Assembly (NCBI GenBank): GCA_964405115.1
Contig: CAYOMN010000004.1
Location: forward strand, 1-35,298
Length of the DNA stretch: 35,298 nucleotides
Source: an uncultured Candidatus Saccharibacteria bacterium
GTDB taxonomy: Bacteria > Patescibacteriota > Minisyncoccia > Phycocordibacterales > UBA1006
Direction: 5' to 3'
Positions 1 through 9,666 of this stretch are shown here, piece after piece (position 1 is the stretch's first letter; the number at the start of each line of letters is the position of its first letter). A model generated the notes under the pieces. It was given only the letters and a program-made list of their open reading frames with translations, did not search any database and was not told the DNA's origin. The translations under genes and the position numbers were made by a program.

Positions 1-2
1 AT

Positions 3-743
3 TTACTCTATATAAAAAATTATATCATATTTTCAAAGAAAAATAGAATTAAAAATAAACAAAAAGCTATTGAAAAATTTTTACTTGAAAAATATGAACG
101 AAAACAGTCGCCACAAACAATTAATCTTGCACTTAATGCTATTAAATTCTTTTATAATGAGGTTCTAAAAGATCCACAGAAAATTGATTTGAAATTTGCA
201 AAAAGAAGTAAAAAACTACCAATAGTACTATCACGATCAGAAATTAATAAAATTATTGAAACAACAGATAACTCAAAATATAAGCTTATGATTTCGCTTG
301 GGTACGCTTGTGGTTTACGAGTAAGCGAAGTCATTAATTTGAAAGTTAAAGACTTAAATATTAACGAACTGACTGTACACATAAAGAATGCAAAAAATAG
401 AAAAGATAGAATAAGTGTATTACCAAAAAAATTACAAAATGATTTACAAAATATAATTGCAGGGAAAAATTTAAATGCTTTCGTCTTTGAGTCAAATCGT
501 GGCGGGAAATTAACAACAACGTCATTACAGAAAATGTTTCGTAAAAGTCTAATAAAGACTAAAGTACAAAAACCTGCAACATTCCATTCTTTACGTCATT
601 CTTTTGCCACACATCTTCTCGAAAATGGTACTGATGTACGTTATGTGCAAGAATTACTTGGGCATAGTAACATAAGAACAACACAAATTTATACAAAAGT
701 AACAAACCCAAGTCTAAAAAAAATTAAAAGTCCCTTTGATTGA
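3..743 (+). CDS. tyrosine-type site-specific recombinase (XerC/XerD-like); the 5' end runs off the window
   Basis: The frame of the 189..743 ORF stays open back to base 3 (..KAIEKFLLEKYERKQSPQTINLALNAIKFFYNEVLKD, a SAM-like N-domain). Catalytic motifs are GLRVSE (Arg), HSLRHSFATHLL (H-x-x-R) and LGHSNIRTTQIYT (His and Tyr nucleophile). Confidence 0.85.
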   Translation, partial: LLYIKNYIIFSKKNRIKNKQKAIEKFLLEKYERKQSPQTINLALNAIKFFYNEVLKDPQKIDLKFAKRSKKLPIVLSRSEINKIIETTDNSKYKLMISLGYACGLRVSEVINLKVKDLNINELTVHIKNAKNRKDRISVLPKKLQNDLQNIIAGKNLNAFVFESNRGGKLTTTSLQKMFRKSLIKTKVQKPATFHSLRHSFATHLLENGTDVRYVQELLGHSNIRTTQIYTKVTNPSLKKIKSPFD

Positions 744-746
744 TTT

Positions 747-1697
747 ATGAAAAAATTAAAAGATATTAAAATGTTAATTAAAAAACCAAAAATAATTGTG
801 GTGCTTGGGCAGACTTCTACAGGTAAATCTGATATTTCTGTTGAAATTGCGAAAGAATTTAATGGCGAGATTATTTCTGCCGATTCTAGACAAGTTTATC
901 TTGGAATGGATTTAGGAAGTGGAAAAATCACACAAAAAGAAATGCGAGGTGTCCCCCATCATCTTCTTGATGTCGCTGACCCAAAAGAAGTTTTTGATGT
1001 AATCAAATTTCAAAAACTTGGAACACACGCAATACAAGATATTCTATCACGTGGAAAAGTTCCAATCATTTGTGGAGGAACAGGTTTCTATATTGATGCA
1101 CTTATTTATCAAACAAAATTTTCTTCAGTAAAACCAAATAAAGAACTTCGTAAAAAATTAGAAAAAAAATCACTTCAAGATTTACAAGAAATTTATAAAA
1201 AGAAAACAAGTACTATATGGTTCAAGATCAAATCTGGAATTACAAGTAGTGTTGATATACAAAATCCTGTTCGGCTTATTCGAGCTATAGAAATAATCGA
1301 AGGACTTGGTTATTTTCCGAAAATTAAAAAGAGATACCAATATGATATCTTATTCATTGGAATGACACTTGAAAAAGAAAAATTAAATAGAAGAATTTAC
1401 AAGCGAATAATAGATAGACTTCAACAAGGAATGCTTAATGAAGAAAAATCACTTCTTAAAAAAGGAATAAGTCATGAACGATTACAATCACTAGGTTTAG
1501 AATATCGTTTTATGAGTAAATATATTCTTGAAGAAGTTTCATATGAAGAGATGGTCAATCAGCTCTATATGGCAACCATACAATTCTCAAAAAGACAAAA
1601 AACTTGGTTCAAACGAAATAAAAGTATTCATTGGTTTAATTATTTTGATACACGAGAAAAAATGCTCTCATTAATAGAAGCTTTTCTAAAAAAATAA
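747..1697 (+). CDS. miaA: tRNA dimethylallyltransferase
   Basis: P-loop GQTSTGKSD, then ADSRQVYLGMDLGSGKIT, HHLLDV and CGGTGFYIDAL, the typical MiaA motif order. The start could also be the internal Met at 771. Confidence 0.9.
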   Translation: MKKLKDIKMLIKKPKIIVVLGQTSTGKSDISVEIAKEFNGEIISADSRQVYLGMDLGSGKITQKEMRGVPHHLLDVADPKEVFDVIKFQKLGTHAIQDILSRGKVPIICGGTGFYIDALIYQTKFSSVKPNKELRKKLEKKSLQDLQEIYKKKTSTIWFKIKSGITSSVDIQNPVRLIRAIEIIEGLGYFPKIKKRYQYDILFIGMTLEKEKLNRRIYKRIIDRLQQGMLNEEKSLLKKGISHERLQSLGLEYRFMSKYILEEVSYEEMVNQLYMATIQFSKRQKTWFKRNKSIHWFNYFDTREKMLSLIEAFLKK

Positions 1698-1724
1698 ACA
1701 CATTATTTGTGTTTATTTTACCCG

Positions 1725-1795
1725 CGGGCGATGAGAGAATTGAACTCCCGACCTCGGTTTTGGAGACCGATGTTATACCACTTAACTAATCGCCC
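1725..1795 (-). tRNA. tRNA-Trp (anticodon CCA), no encoded 3' CCA
   Basis: The reverse complement reads GGGCGAT..TCGGT-CTCCAAA-ACCGA..GTTCAATTC..ATCGCCC-G. It has a 7-bp acceptor stem, anticodon loop CU-CCA-AA and a T-loop. Confidence 0.85.
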
Positions 1796-1808
1796 AATCA
1801 AAAAAGAA

Positions 1809-1985
1809 TTATTTCTTTTTAAAAATCTTTTTAGTTTCAACAAATGTTTCTTTCTTTCTACTTTTTTTAGAGTATTTCAAAAGAGATAATTTTGGGGCAT
1901 TTGCTAACTTCTTTTTATTTTTTCTTGTTGTTACATGTTCTCCTGTCTCCTTACAGTGTAATGTAATCAAATTATCTTGTGACAT
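1809..1985 (-). CDS. rpmG: 50S ribosomal protein L33 (58 aa; below the ORF-track length cutoff)
   Basis: Manual translation gives MSQDNLITLHCKETGEHVTTRKNKKKLANAPKLSLLKYSKKSRKKETFVETKKIFKKK. This shows the L33 pattern (..ITL.C...G.H.YTT.KNK...P.KLEL.KY....RKHT.H.E.K) and lies immediately upstream of tRNA-Trp on the same strand. Confidence 0.75.
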   Translation of the reverse strand: MSQDNLITLHCKETGEHVTTRKNKKKLANAPKLSLLKYSKKSRKKETFVETKKIFKKK

Positions 1986-2097
1986 AGTGATTTAATAAAT
2001 TAATGCATTAATTTGAATAACAAATACTTAAATTAAGTATATTCAATGAAAATCATTATACTTAATAATAAACTTTAAGCAATTAAAAATTTCTTCT

Positions 2098-2141
2098 AAA
2101 AACACAAAAAGAAATACAAATGTATTTCTTTTTGTGTTTTT
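2098..2141. terminator. 17-bp perfect hairpin terminator downstream of tRNA-Tyr
   Basis: AACACAAAAAGAAATAC (2101-2117), loop AAAT, then GTATTTCTTTTTGTGTT (2122-2138), flanked by A and T runs. Confidence 0.7.
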
Positions 2142-2143
2142 AG

Positions 2144-2226
2144 TGCGCCGGGAGGGATTCGAACCCCCGTAGACTAACGTCGCAGGATTTACAGTCCCGT
2201 GCATTTGACCACTCTGCCACCGACGC
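2144..2226 (-). tRNA. tRNA-Tyr (anticodon GTA), long variable arm
   Basis: The reverse complement reads GCGTCGG..CGGGA-CTGTAAA-TCCTG + long variable arm + GGGGGTTCGAATCCCTC-CCGGCGC-A. Confidence 0.85.
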
Positions 2227-2274
2227 AAATTGCGTTCTAGGATAATTTAGAACACAAAAAGTATATCATAACTC

Positions 2275-4977
2275 TTATTTTTTACTAGTTACTTTTTTCT
2301 TTTTTACAACAATTAATGGAGACTTTTTTCTTTTCATTTTTTTAGAAAAAGAAACCTTATCTTTAGCATATTCAACGAATAAATTATCACCTTTTTTTAT
2401 CTTATTCAAAATAATATCTAATGCTAGTTGATTTAAAATATCATTTTGTATTGCACGTTTCAATGGCCTTGCACCATATCTTTCATCAAAGCCTTTTTCA
2501 GATAAATAATTAATAATCGATTTTTTAAAATCTAATTTAATTTCTTTTTCTTTTAATCTTTTCTTAACAATACCAAGTTGTCTAATAACAATATCAGATA
2601 TAACCTCTTTAGAGAGGGTATCAAATACTATGATATCATCTAAACGATTTAAGAATTCTGGTCTGAAAAAATCTCTTAGAGAATCTAACACTTTTAACTT
2701 AGTCTCTTTATATGAATCATTCTTATTATTGCCAGAAAAACCAATTGATTGCATCTTCTGCAAGTGTTCTGACCCAAGATTAGAAGTCATTATAATAATA
2801 GTGTTTTTAAAATCAACAATCCTACCTTTTCCATCAGTTAATCTACCATCATCAAGTACCTGTAATAATACATTAAATACATCTGGATGAGCTTTCTCAA
2901 TCTCATCAAATAATATAACAGAATATGGTCTATGTCGTATAGCTTCTGTAAAGGTAGACGATTCTTCATGTCCAACATAACCAGGAGGTGACCCAATCAA
3001 TTTTGAAATTGAATGTTTTTCCATAAATTCTGACATATCAACACGAACAAGAGCTTTCTCATCGTCAAACATAAATTCTGTTAATGTTTTTGTAAGTTCT
3101 GTTTTTCCAACACCTGTTGGTCCTAAAAAGATAAATGATCCTATTGGCTTATTTGGATCACTTATTCCAACTCTTGACCTACGAATAGCATTTGATATTT
3201 TTTCAATGGCTTTATCCTGACCTTTCACTCTCTTCTTTAAATATTCTTCTATTCGAGAAAGTTTATGTGTCTCAGCTTCAAGCATTCTTGTTACCGGTAC
3301 ACCAGTCCATTTTGCAACAATCTGAGCAACATCTTCATCATTTACTTCTTCTCGAAGAATTCTGTTTTTCTTTTGAACACGTGACAATCTCTTAATCTCA
3401 ATTTTAAGTTTTTTTTCTGTAACAGGAATCTTCCCATAGATAATTTCTGCTACTTTTCCTAATTCACCTTCTAATTCTAATTGTTCAGATTCAAGTCGCA
3501 ATGTTTCTAAGTCTTTTTTTAAACCTGCAATACTCAAAAGTATTTTCTTTTCATTTTTCCACTTTAATTCAAGCTCATGTGTATCTTCCCGTAGATCTGC
3601 AATTTTTTTATCAATCTCACTAAGTCTATCTCTTGAACTCTTTTTATTTTTTTCAATATCACTTGTAAGTGAATTTTTCTCTATTTCGAGGTTTATTATT
3701 TTCCGATGAGCAGATTCCAACTCTGCAGGTTTATTTTCTAATGAAATCTTTAACGCAGAAGCAGCCTCATCAATAAGGTCAACAGCCTTATCTGGTAAGT
3801 AACGATTGGTTATATAACGTGACGATAGATTAACAGCAGAAACTATTGCCTCATCCGTAATTTGTACACCATGATAATTTTCATATTTATGTTTTAACCC
3901 ACGTAAAATTGCAATTGTATCAACAATTGATGGTTCAGCCACGTTAACTGGTTGAAAACGTCTAACTAATGCTGGATCTTTCTCAAAATGCTTTTGATAT
4001 TCACTTAACGTAGTCGCACCAATTGCTCTAAATGTACCACGAGCTAATGCTGGTTTTAACATGTTTGCAGCATCCATAGATCCCTCTGATGATCCAGCCC
4101 CAATTATTGTATGTATTTCATCAATAAACAAAACAACAGACCCATCACTGCTTTCTATTTCCTTCATTATGTTCTTAAGTCTATCTTCAAATTCACCTCT
4201 GAACTTTGTACCAGCCAAAAGAAGACCTAAATCCAAAAGCACTAGTTCTTTATTCTTTAAAGAATCTGGTACATCACCACGTGCCATTCTCTGAGCCAAC
4301 CCTTCAACAATAGCAGTTTTTCCAGTTCCAGGTTCTCCTATAAGTATTGGATTGTTTTTAGTACGCCTTGAGAGTATCTGTATTATTCTTATAATTTCTT
4401 TGTCACGTCCTATAACAGGATCGAGTTTATCTTGCTGTGCAAGTTCTGTCATATTTCTTGAATATTTTGATAAAGAACGATATCTTTTTTGAAAAGTATT
4501 TTGTTGAGTTGATTCTTCATTTCTAATCTCCTTAAATGCTTGTTCTGTTTCTTTTCTTGTCATTCCATTCTCATCTAGAATATCTTTTGCAGAATTCTCT
4601 AAATCAAATAATGCTAAAAAAAGATGTTCAGTTGAAATAACTTTATCATCAAGTTCTTTTGAAATTTTCATAGAAAATTCAATAATATGTGCCAAATCAG
4701 CAGTTAAAAACATCTGATTAGGTCTATCGGTTATATCTTCTGCTTCATCTTCATCGATACTCATTTCCTCAAGATCATCCAACACATGCGCAGTAAAATT
4801 ATCAGCATTAATTTCTAATTTTTCTAATAATGAAACAACTAAACTATTATCTTGTAAGATTAATGCAGCTAACAAATGTAATGCATTTACATGATGTTGT
4901 CCACGCTCAATTGCAAGTTCATGTGATTTTCTGATAATCTGTTTTGCTTTTTTCGTAAAATTCTTAAATGGAGGCAT
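2275..4977 (-). CDS. clpB: ATP-dependent chaperone ClpB (Clp/Hsp100, two AAA+ modules plus a coiled-coil middle domain)
   Basis: Clp N-repeat domain, Walker [16 protein letters not shown] and [12 protein letters not shown], a long coiled-coil insert between the NBDs ([16 protein letters not shown]...), and sensor motif [10 protein letters not shown]. Confidence 0.93.
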   Translation of the reverse strand: MPPFKNFTKKAKQIIRKSHELAIERGQHHVNALHLLAALILQDNSLVVSLLEKLEINADNFTAHVLDDLEEMSIDEDEAEDITDRPNQMFLTADLAHIIEFSMKISKELDDKVISTEHLFLALFDLENSAKDILDENGMTRKETEQAFKEIRNEESTQQNTFQKRYRSLSKYSRNMTELAQQDKLDPVIGRDKEIIRIIQILSRRTKNNPILIGEPGTGKTAIVEGLAQRMARGDVPDSLKNKELVLLDLGLLLAGTKFRGEFEDRLKNIMKEIESSDGSVVLFIDEIHTIIGAGSSEGSMDAANMLKPALARGTFRAIGATTLSEYQKHFEKDPALVRRFQPVNVAEPSIVDTIAILRGLKHKYENYHGVQITDEAIVSAVNLSSRYITNRYLPDKAVDLIDEAASALKISLENKPAELESAHRKIINLEIEKNSLTSDIEKNKKSSRDRLSEIDKKIADLREDTHELELKWKNEKKILLSIAGLKKDLETLRLESEQLELEGELGKVAEIIYGKIPVTEKKLKIEIKRLSRVQKKNRILREEVNDEDVAQIVAKWTGVPVTRMLEAETHKLSRIEEYLKKRVKGQDKAIEKISNAIRRSRVGISDPNKPIGSFIFLGPTGVGKTELTKTLTEFMFDDEKALVRVDMSEFMEKHSISKLIGSPPGYVGHEESSTFTEAIRHRPYSVILFDEIEKAHPDVFNVLLQVLDDGRLTDGKGRIVDFKNTIIIMTSNLGSEHLQKMQSIGFSGNNKNDSYKETKLKVLDSLRDFFRPEFLNRLDDIIVFDTLSKEVISDIVIRQLGIVKKRLKEKEIKLDFKKSIINYLSEKGFDERYGARPLKRAIQNDILNQLALDIILNKIKKGDNLFVEYAKDKVSFSKKMKRKKSPLIVVKKKKVTSKK

Positions 4978-5087
4978 AATACTTTATTTACTATGTTAAA
5001 TTAAATTAATATATGTATTATATACTTAAATAAATTTTATACAAGTTTTGACATACTTTTCATATACATGAATTTTATGTAAAAAAT

Positions 5088-5121
5088 AAAGCTCCCTGTT
5101 TTTATACAAACAGAGAGCTTT
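5088..5121 (-). terminator. hairpin terminator after the 5124..5624 gene
   Basis: AAAGCTCCCTGTTT / AAACAGAGAGCTTT arms (one mismatch) with a T-run on the minus strand. Confidence 0.5.
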
Positions 5122-5123
5122 TC

Positions 5124-5624
5124 TTATTTAAATACTACAAAATTTGATAAGCTTAATGCACTTATTGGAGCATTAAACTCCTCAAATTTATATGGAGTTA
5201 CTTCTAATTTATCGTCATCATCAAAATTAACCTGCACAATAATAAAATTTCCTTTCTGACTTTTATAAATAAAAAATGTACCATGCCAATAAAAATATAA
5301 TTTATTACGATAATCCATAACTATCCTTTTTATATATCTTTCGTTCTTAAAAGAAATTTTTTCTAAATCACCGCCACTTATTTCTTCAAAAGCTTTTTTT
5401 GGTGAGCAAATTACTCCATCTTTTTGTATATAAATTCCTGCAAACCCTTGTTCTATTGATGATAATTCCGATGAATAAAAATATTTATCCTTAAAACTCA
5501 AATCTACAAAGTCAAAAACATTCTCGTCATGATTTCCTATCAAAGGACATTTTTTGTTATAAATTTCTATGTCAAGTAAAAACTTTAAAGAAGGTGTCTC
5601 TTTTGGTAAAAGAAAATTTTTCAT
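5124..5624 (-). CDS. hypothetical cytoplasmic protein (no recognisable motif)
   Basis: A 166-aa ORF with no overlapping competitor and its own downstream hairpin. No TM segment or signal peptide is visible. Confidence 0.55.
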   Translation of the reverse strand: MKNFLLPKETPSLKFLLDIEIYNKKCPLIGNHDENVFDFVDLSFKDKYFYSSELSSIEQGFAGIYIQKDGVICSPKKAFEEISGGDLEKISFKNERYIKRIVMDYRNKLYFYWHGTFFIYKSQKGNFIIVQVNFDDDDKLEVTPYKFEEFNAPISALSLSNFVVFK

Positions 5625-5746
5625 ATCATAAATTTTTAATTTTACATCACTTCTGGTAACAAACAGACGTAATCGTTAATATCACGATTTCAATTTATTT
5701 AAAGTTAAACATATTAAAGATATCTGTCAAGGTATTATATTCAAAC

Positions 5747-6958
5747 CTACAAATATTTTTTATAAGTTCTATTCATAGAATTAATAATTTTTACCAATTT
5801 TTCTACAACGTATCTAATATCTTTTTTTGTTGTCGTGTTTCCAAAAGAAAATCTAATTGATTGTGTATCTTTCTTTCGTAAAGCCTTAATAACATGTGAG
5901 TCACCATATTCACCACTTTTACATGCAGATTTTACACTTACTTTTATACCAACAGTATCTAAACGCAAAACAATTTCTTCGCTTGATAATTTTGGAATTG
6001 AAATACTTAAGATATTAGGAACACGATTACTTTTTTCTCCATTTATTATAAATAAATGCGATATTTCTTTTTTTAATAAATCCTCCATATACATCTGTAA
6101 TTTTCTTAATCTAAGCATCTCACTCTCTTTTTCTTCTGAAACGACAGAAAGTGCCTTTGATAAACCAACTATATATGGAATATTTTCTGTTCCAGCTCTA
6201 AGTCCAAATTCCTGTGAGCCACCAGTAATTATTGAGTCAATCTTAATATCAGCTTTTTTAAATAAAAAGGCTATCTTTTTAGGTCCGTAAATTTTTGAAC
6301 CATTTACCGTCATAAAGTCTACACCAAGTCTCTGAATATTTATATCTAAAAAGTTTACTGCTTGCACGGCATCCGTATGAAAATACGGTAATTTAGAATT
6401 ATTATGTTTCCTATAATACCTAATTAATTTCGATATTGATTTTATATTTTGAATAACACCTATCTCACCATTTACATATCCAATGGAAACAAGAATAGTA
6501 TTCACTTGTATTGATTTTTTTAATTCTTTTATGTCTAGAATACCAAACTCATCTACTGAAATATATGTAATATCAGCAATATTTTTTTCTTCTAGATCAT
6601 GACACGTCTCTAAAATTGAAGCATGTTCAATACTACTTGTAATTATATGTGGTTTTTTATCATCATTTTTATTTCTCCATTGAGATACAATTCCACGAAG
6701 TACTAAATTATTTGCTTCAGTTCCTCCATCAGTGAAAATTATTTCTTTAGGGCGAGCAGAAATCATTTTTGCAACTTCAGCCCTAGTCTTATTAAGAATG
6801 TCAATAATATCAAACCCTTCTTGGTAAATTGCTCCAGGATTGAAAAATATTTTTGAAAAATAAGGCAACATTTCCATTAATACATCTTTTCTAATAGGTG
6901 TTCCAGATGCATAATCCATAAATATAAATTTCTTTCTTTTTAAAAAGTTTTTTAACAT
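5747..6958 (-). CDS. cysteine desulfurase (class V aminotransferase, NifS/IscS-like)
   Basis: FMDYASGTP, TDGGTEANNL, SSIEHASILE and HTDAVQA, with a PLP-lysine region NGSKIYGPKK and an active-site Cys loop SVKSACKSGE. Confidence 0.85.
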   Translation of the reverse strand: MLKNFLKRKKFIFMDYASGTPIRKDVLMEMLPYFSKIFFNPGAIYQEGFDIIDILNKTRAEVAKMISARPKEIIFTDGGTEANNLVLRGIVSQWRNKNDDKKPHIITSSIEHASILETCHDLEEKNIADITYISVDEFGILDIKELKKSIQVNTILVSIGYVNGEIGVIQNIKSISKLIRYYRKHNNSKLPYFHTDAVQAVNFLDINIQRLGVDFMTVNGSKIYGPKKIAFLFKKADIKIDSIITGGSQEFGLRAGTENIPYIVGLSKALSVVSEEKESEMLRLRKLQMYMEDLLKKEISHLFIINGEKSNRVPNILSISIPKLSSEEIVLRLDTVGIKVSVKSACKSGEYGDSHVIKALRKKDTQSIRFSFGNTTTKKDIRYVVEKLVKIINSMNRTYKKYL

Positions 6959-7043
6959 ATTTTAAGCTTACTTACTCACAAAGGAAAAACAAGTTTTAAT
7001 TTCTAGTAGAATATATTTCTAAACACTTCAAAAAATATATATT

Positions 7044-7052
7044 TGATATAGT
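7044..7052 (+). promoter_or_regulatory. extended -10 box TGATATAGT, 8 nt before the ATG of the DUF4446 gene
   Basis: TG-A-TATAGT at 7044-7052, and the ATG at 7061. Confidence 0.45.
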
Positions 7053-7060
7053 ATAGTGTT

Positions 7061-7504
7061 ATGGAAAATATATTATTATATGTAATGATTTTGATTATTG
7101 TTATATTAATTACTCTAATTATTTGGGTATTTATAATTTCAAAAAAATTAAAAAAATTAAGTGCTGGAAAAAATTCAAAATCGCTTGAGTCAGTTATTAT
7201 TGAAAATAATAATCTAACAAAAAATATAAAAGAAAGACAAATCATGATGGAAAATAGTATTAAGAATCTAGAACTAGCTATAGCAAAAACAATACAAAAT
7301 ATCTCTGTAGTTAGATTTGATGCTGTAAAAAATTCAGGTGGGTTACAGAGCTTTGCTGTTGGATTAACCGATAACAATAAGAATGGTGTTGTCATTTCAT
7401 CAATGTATACACGTGATCATATTAATGTATTTGCAAAAGAAATAATAAATGGTAGATCAAAATATACACTTACAGAAGAAGAAAAAATGACAATTAATAA
7501 CTAA
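7061..7504 (+). CDS. DUF4446 family protein (N-terminal TM helix)
   Basis: An N-terminal TM helix followed by VVRFDAVKNSGGLQSFAVGLTDNNKNGVVISSMYTRD...GRSKYTLTEEE, which matches the conserved DUF4446 core as I recall it. Confidence 0.75.
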   Translation: MENILLYVMILIIVILITLIIWVFIISKKLKKLSAGKNSKSLESVIIENNNLTKNIKERQIMMENSIKNLELAIAKTIQNISVVRFDAVKNSGGLQSFAVGLTDNNKNGVVISSMYTRDHINVFAKEIINGRSKYTLTEEEKMTINN

Positions 7505-7517
7505 AATAAAAATTATT

Positions 7518-9014
7518 ATGAGTACAAAAAATATAATTGAAAGATCTCCTATTGTTGCAGTTATGGGTCATGTGGATCACGGAAAATCTACACTTCTTGA
7601 TTACATAAGAAAAACAAACATTGTAGAAAGAGAAGCTGGTGGAATAACTCAACATATTTCAACATATGAAGTATCTCTTGATAATGGAAAACGTATAACA
7701 TTTTTAGATACACCTGGTCATGCGGCTTTTAATCAAATGAGGCATAGAGGTGGTGCAATTGCAGATATAGCAATACTTATTATTTCTGCTGAGGATGGAG
7801 TCAAAAAACAAACAAAACATGCAATTGAAGTTATAAACAAAAATAAAATACCATTTATAGTTGCTATTAATAAAATAGATAAACCAAACGCAAACATAGA
7901 AAAAACCAAAACCGACTTATTAGAATCTGGTATATATGTAGAAGGATATGGTGGAAATATTCCCGTATGTGAAATGTCAGCAAAATCAGGAGAAGGAATA
8001 GATAATTTACTTGATACACTACTTCTTGTAGCAGAGATGGAAGAAATGAAAGGAGATATAAATAAATTAGCAACAGGGTTTGTAATAGAGTCACATAGTG
8101 ATCCAAAGAAAGGAATATCAGCTACATTAGTAATTAAGAATGGATCAATAAAAACTGGACAGTTCGTTGTTGTTGATGATACAATAACGCCGACAAGAAT
8201 GCTAAGAGATTTTAATGAAAAGAAGATAGAATCAGCTTATTTTTCTAGCCCTATAAAACTTGCTGGATTTAATAAAATACCAACTATCGGAAGTACATTT
8301 AAAACTTTTAAATCAAAAAAAGAAGCAGAGAAAGCCGTTGGAGAATTTAAAGAAATTAAGGAAGAACTTGACTGCGGTTGTAATACCATAGATATAGCAG
8401 ATGGAGTAGCCTTGGTTCCAATAATAATAAAAACTGATGTTGCTGGTACAAGTGAGGCAATTATAGGAGAGATAGAAAAATTAAGTACAAATGATGTAAT
8501 CTTTAAGGTAATTAAATCAGAAACTGGTTCAATTAACGAATCAGACATTAAACTTGCCATATGCGATAAAAATACAATTATAATAGGATTTCATGTAGAT
8601 CAAGATAACAATATTAAAATGATAAATAATTATGAGACAGTTTTAATAAAAAAGTTTAATATTATTTATAAACTCACAGAATGGCTTGAAGAAATATACG
8701 AGGAAAGACGTATAAAAAAAGAAATAGATCTAGTACAAGGAAAAATCAAAATAATTAAGATATTCTCAAGACAAAAGAATAAGTCTGTTATAGGTGGAGA
8801 AATATTGGAAGGAGCTATAGCAAGAAAAGAACAATTTAAAATTGTAAGAAAAAATGAACTAATTGGACATGGAAATATAACAGGGCTACAAGAAGGAAAA
8901 ATGGAAACGGATAGAGTAATTACAAAAGGGGCTCAGTGTGGAATAATGACAGAATCAAAAGAAGAAATTATTTATGGTGATGTACTAGAAACATTTATAA
9001 AAAAAATAAAATAA
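7518..9014 (+). CDS. infB: translation initiation factor IF-2, minimal form (the G domain starts at about residue 10)
   Basis: RSPIVAVMGHVDHGKSTLLDYIRKTN, GGITQHI, DTPGH and NKIDK, with C-terminal beta-barrel domains. It is followed directly by rbfA. Confidence 0.9.
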   Translation: MSTKNIIERSPIVAVMGHVDHGKSTLLDYIRKTNIVEREAGGITQHISTYEVSLDNGKRITFLDTPGHAAFNQMRHRGGAIADIAILIISAEDGVKKQTKHAIEVINKNKIPFIVAINKIDKPNANIEKTKTDLLESGIYVEGYGGNIPVCEMSAKSGEGIDNLLDTLLLVAEMEEMKGDINKLATGFVIESHSDPKKGISATLVIKNGSIKTGQFVVVDDTITPTRMLRDFNEKKIESAYFSSPIKLAGFNKIPTIGSTFKTFKSKKEAEKAVGEFKEIKEELDCGCNTIDIADGVALVPIIIKTDVAGTSEAIIGEIEKLSTNDVIFKVIKSETGSINESDIKLAICDKNTIIIGFHVDQDNNIKMINNYETVLIKKFNIIYKLTEWLEEIYEERRIKKEIDLVQGKIKIIKIFSRQKNKSVIGGEILEGAIARKEQFKIVRKNELIGHGNITGLQEGKMETDRVITKGAQCGIMTESKEEIIYGDVLETFIKKIK

Positions 9015-9015
9015 T

Positions 9016-9342
9016 ATGTTAAATAACAAACTAGAAAAAATAAATAAAGAAATGAAAAAGCTCTTTGCCCAATTTATTGAAAGAGAATCAAATAAAGAGT
9101 CCTTGGTTACGGTTACTAGATGCGAAATAAGCTCAGATAGAAAAAATATTGATGTATTTATATCTGTCTTTCCTCAAGATAAGGAAAATCTAGTAATAAA
9201 CTTCTTAGATCGTAGAAAGTGGGATGCACGAGACTATATAAAAAAAAGAATACAAACACGCATTATTCCATTTGTTAATTTTAAAATAGATGCTGGAGAA
9301 AAGAATAGGCAAAAAATTGACCAATTATTAAATAAAGTATAA
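9016..9342 (+). CDS. rbfA: ribosome-binding factor A
   Basis: Its size, its position after infB, and the VTVTRCEISSDRKNIDVFISVF motif typical of RbfA. Confidence 0.8.
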   Translation: MLNNKLEKINKEMKKLFAQFIERESNKESLVTVTRCEISSDRKNIDVFISVFPQDKENLVINFLDRRKWDARDYIKKRIQTRIIPFVNFKIDAGEKNRQKIDQLLNKV

Positions 9343-9348
9343 AGTATA

Positions 9349-9380
9349 TTGTGTACTTTTAAAAACTTAAAAGTACACAA
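9349..9380 (+). terminator. 14-bp perfect hairpin after rbfA
   Basis: TTGTGTACTTTTAA, loop AAAC, then TTAAAAGTACACAA. Confidence 0.6.
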
Positions 9381-9382
9381 TA

Positions 9383-9456
9383 GGCGTGGTGGCGAAGTGG
9401 TCTAACGCTGCGGTTTGCAAAACCGCCATTCATGGGTTCAAATCCCATCCACGCCT
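9383..9456 (+). tRNA. tRNA-Cys (anticodon GCA)
   Basis: GGCGTGG..GCGGT-TTGCAAA-ACCGC..GGTTCAAATCC..CCACGCC-T. Confidence 0.85.
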
Positions 9457-9571
9457 CAATTAGATGGAGTAAAATTCATTTAATATTTATTAAAATGGTA
9501 CTTTAATTATATAAAGACAAGCACTCTTGTATTGAGTTTATGTCTTTGTAAAATTTATTGTACATACTCTT

Positions 9572-9653
9572 GCCGAGGTGGTGGAATAGGTAGACACGAA
9601 GGACTTAAAATCCTTTGCCTTCGGGCGTGCGGGTTCAATTCCCGCCTTCGGCA
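9572..9653 (+). tRNA. tRNA-Leu (anticodon TAA), long variable arm
   Basis: GCCGAGG..AAGGA-CTTAAAA-TCCTT + variable arm GCCTTCGGGC + GCGGGTTCAATTCCCGC-CTTCGGC-A. Confidence 0.85.
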
Positions 9654-9666
9654 CAAGAATTAATAT

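Noticed and set aside
3-743. The tyrosine recombinase at the window edge as a marker of an integrated mobile element.
   Set aside because: The downstream neighbours are core genes (miaA, tRNA-Trp, rpmG), no att-like direct repeat is visible inside the window, and the motif set fits a chromosomal Xer-type recombinase. The upstream side is outside the window, so this cannot be excluded fully.
1707-2228. ORFs 1707..1889 (+) and 2043..2228 (-) from the six-frame track.
   Set aside because: Both run through tRNA genes (Trp and Tyr). The first also overlaps, antisense, the better-supported rpmG gene. Their products are low-complexity with no motifs.
2275-2340. The lysine-rich C-terminal tail of ClpB (..[23 protein letters not shown]) as a possible extra domain.
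   Set aside because: It is a short low-complexity basic tail in an AT-rich genome, where AAA/AAG codons are favoured. There is no evidence of a distinct domain.
7003-7395. The 130-aa minus-strand ORF opposite the DUF4446 gene.
   Set aside because: It lies almost entirely antisense to a gene with a recognisable conserved core, and its product is low-complexity F/I/L-rich sequence typical of antisense frames in AT-rich DNA.
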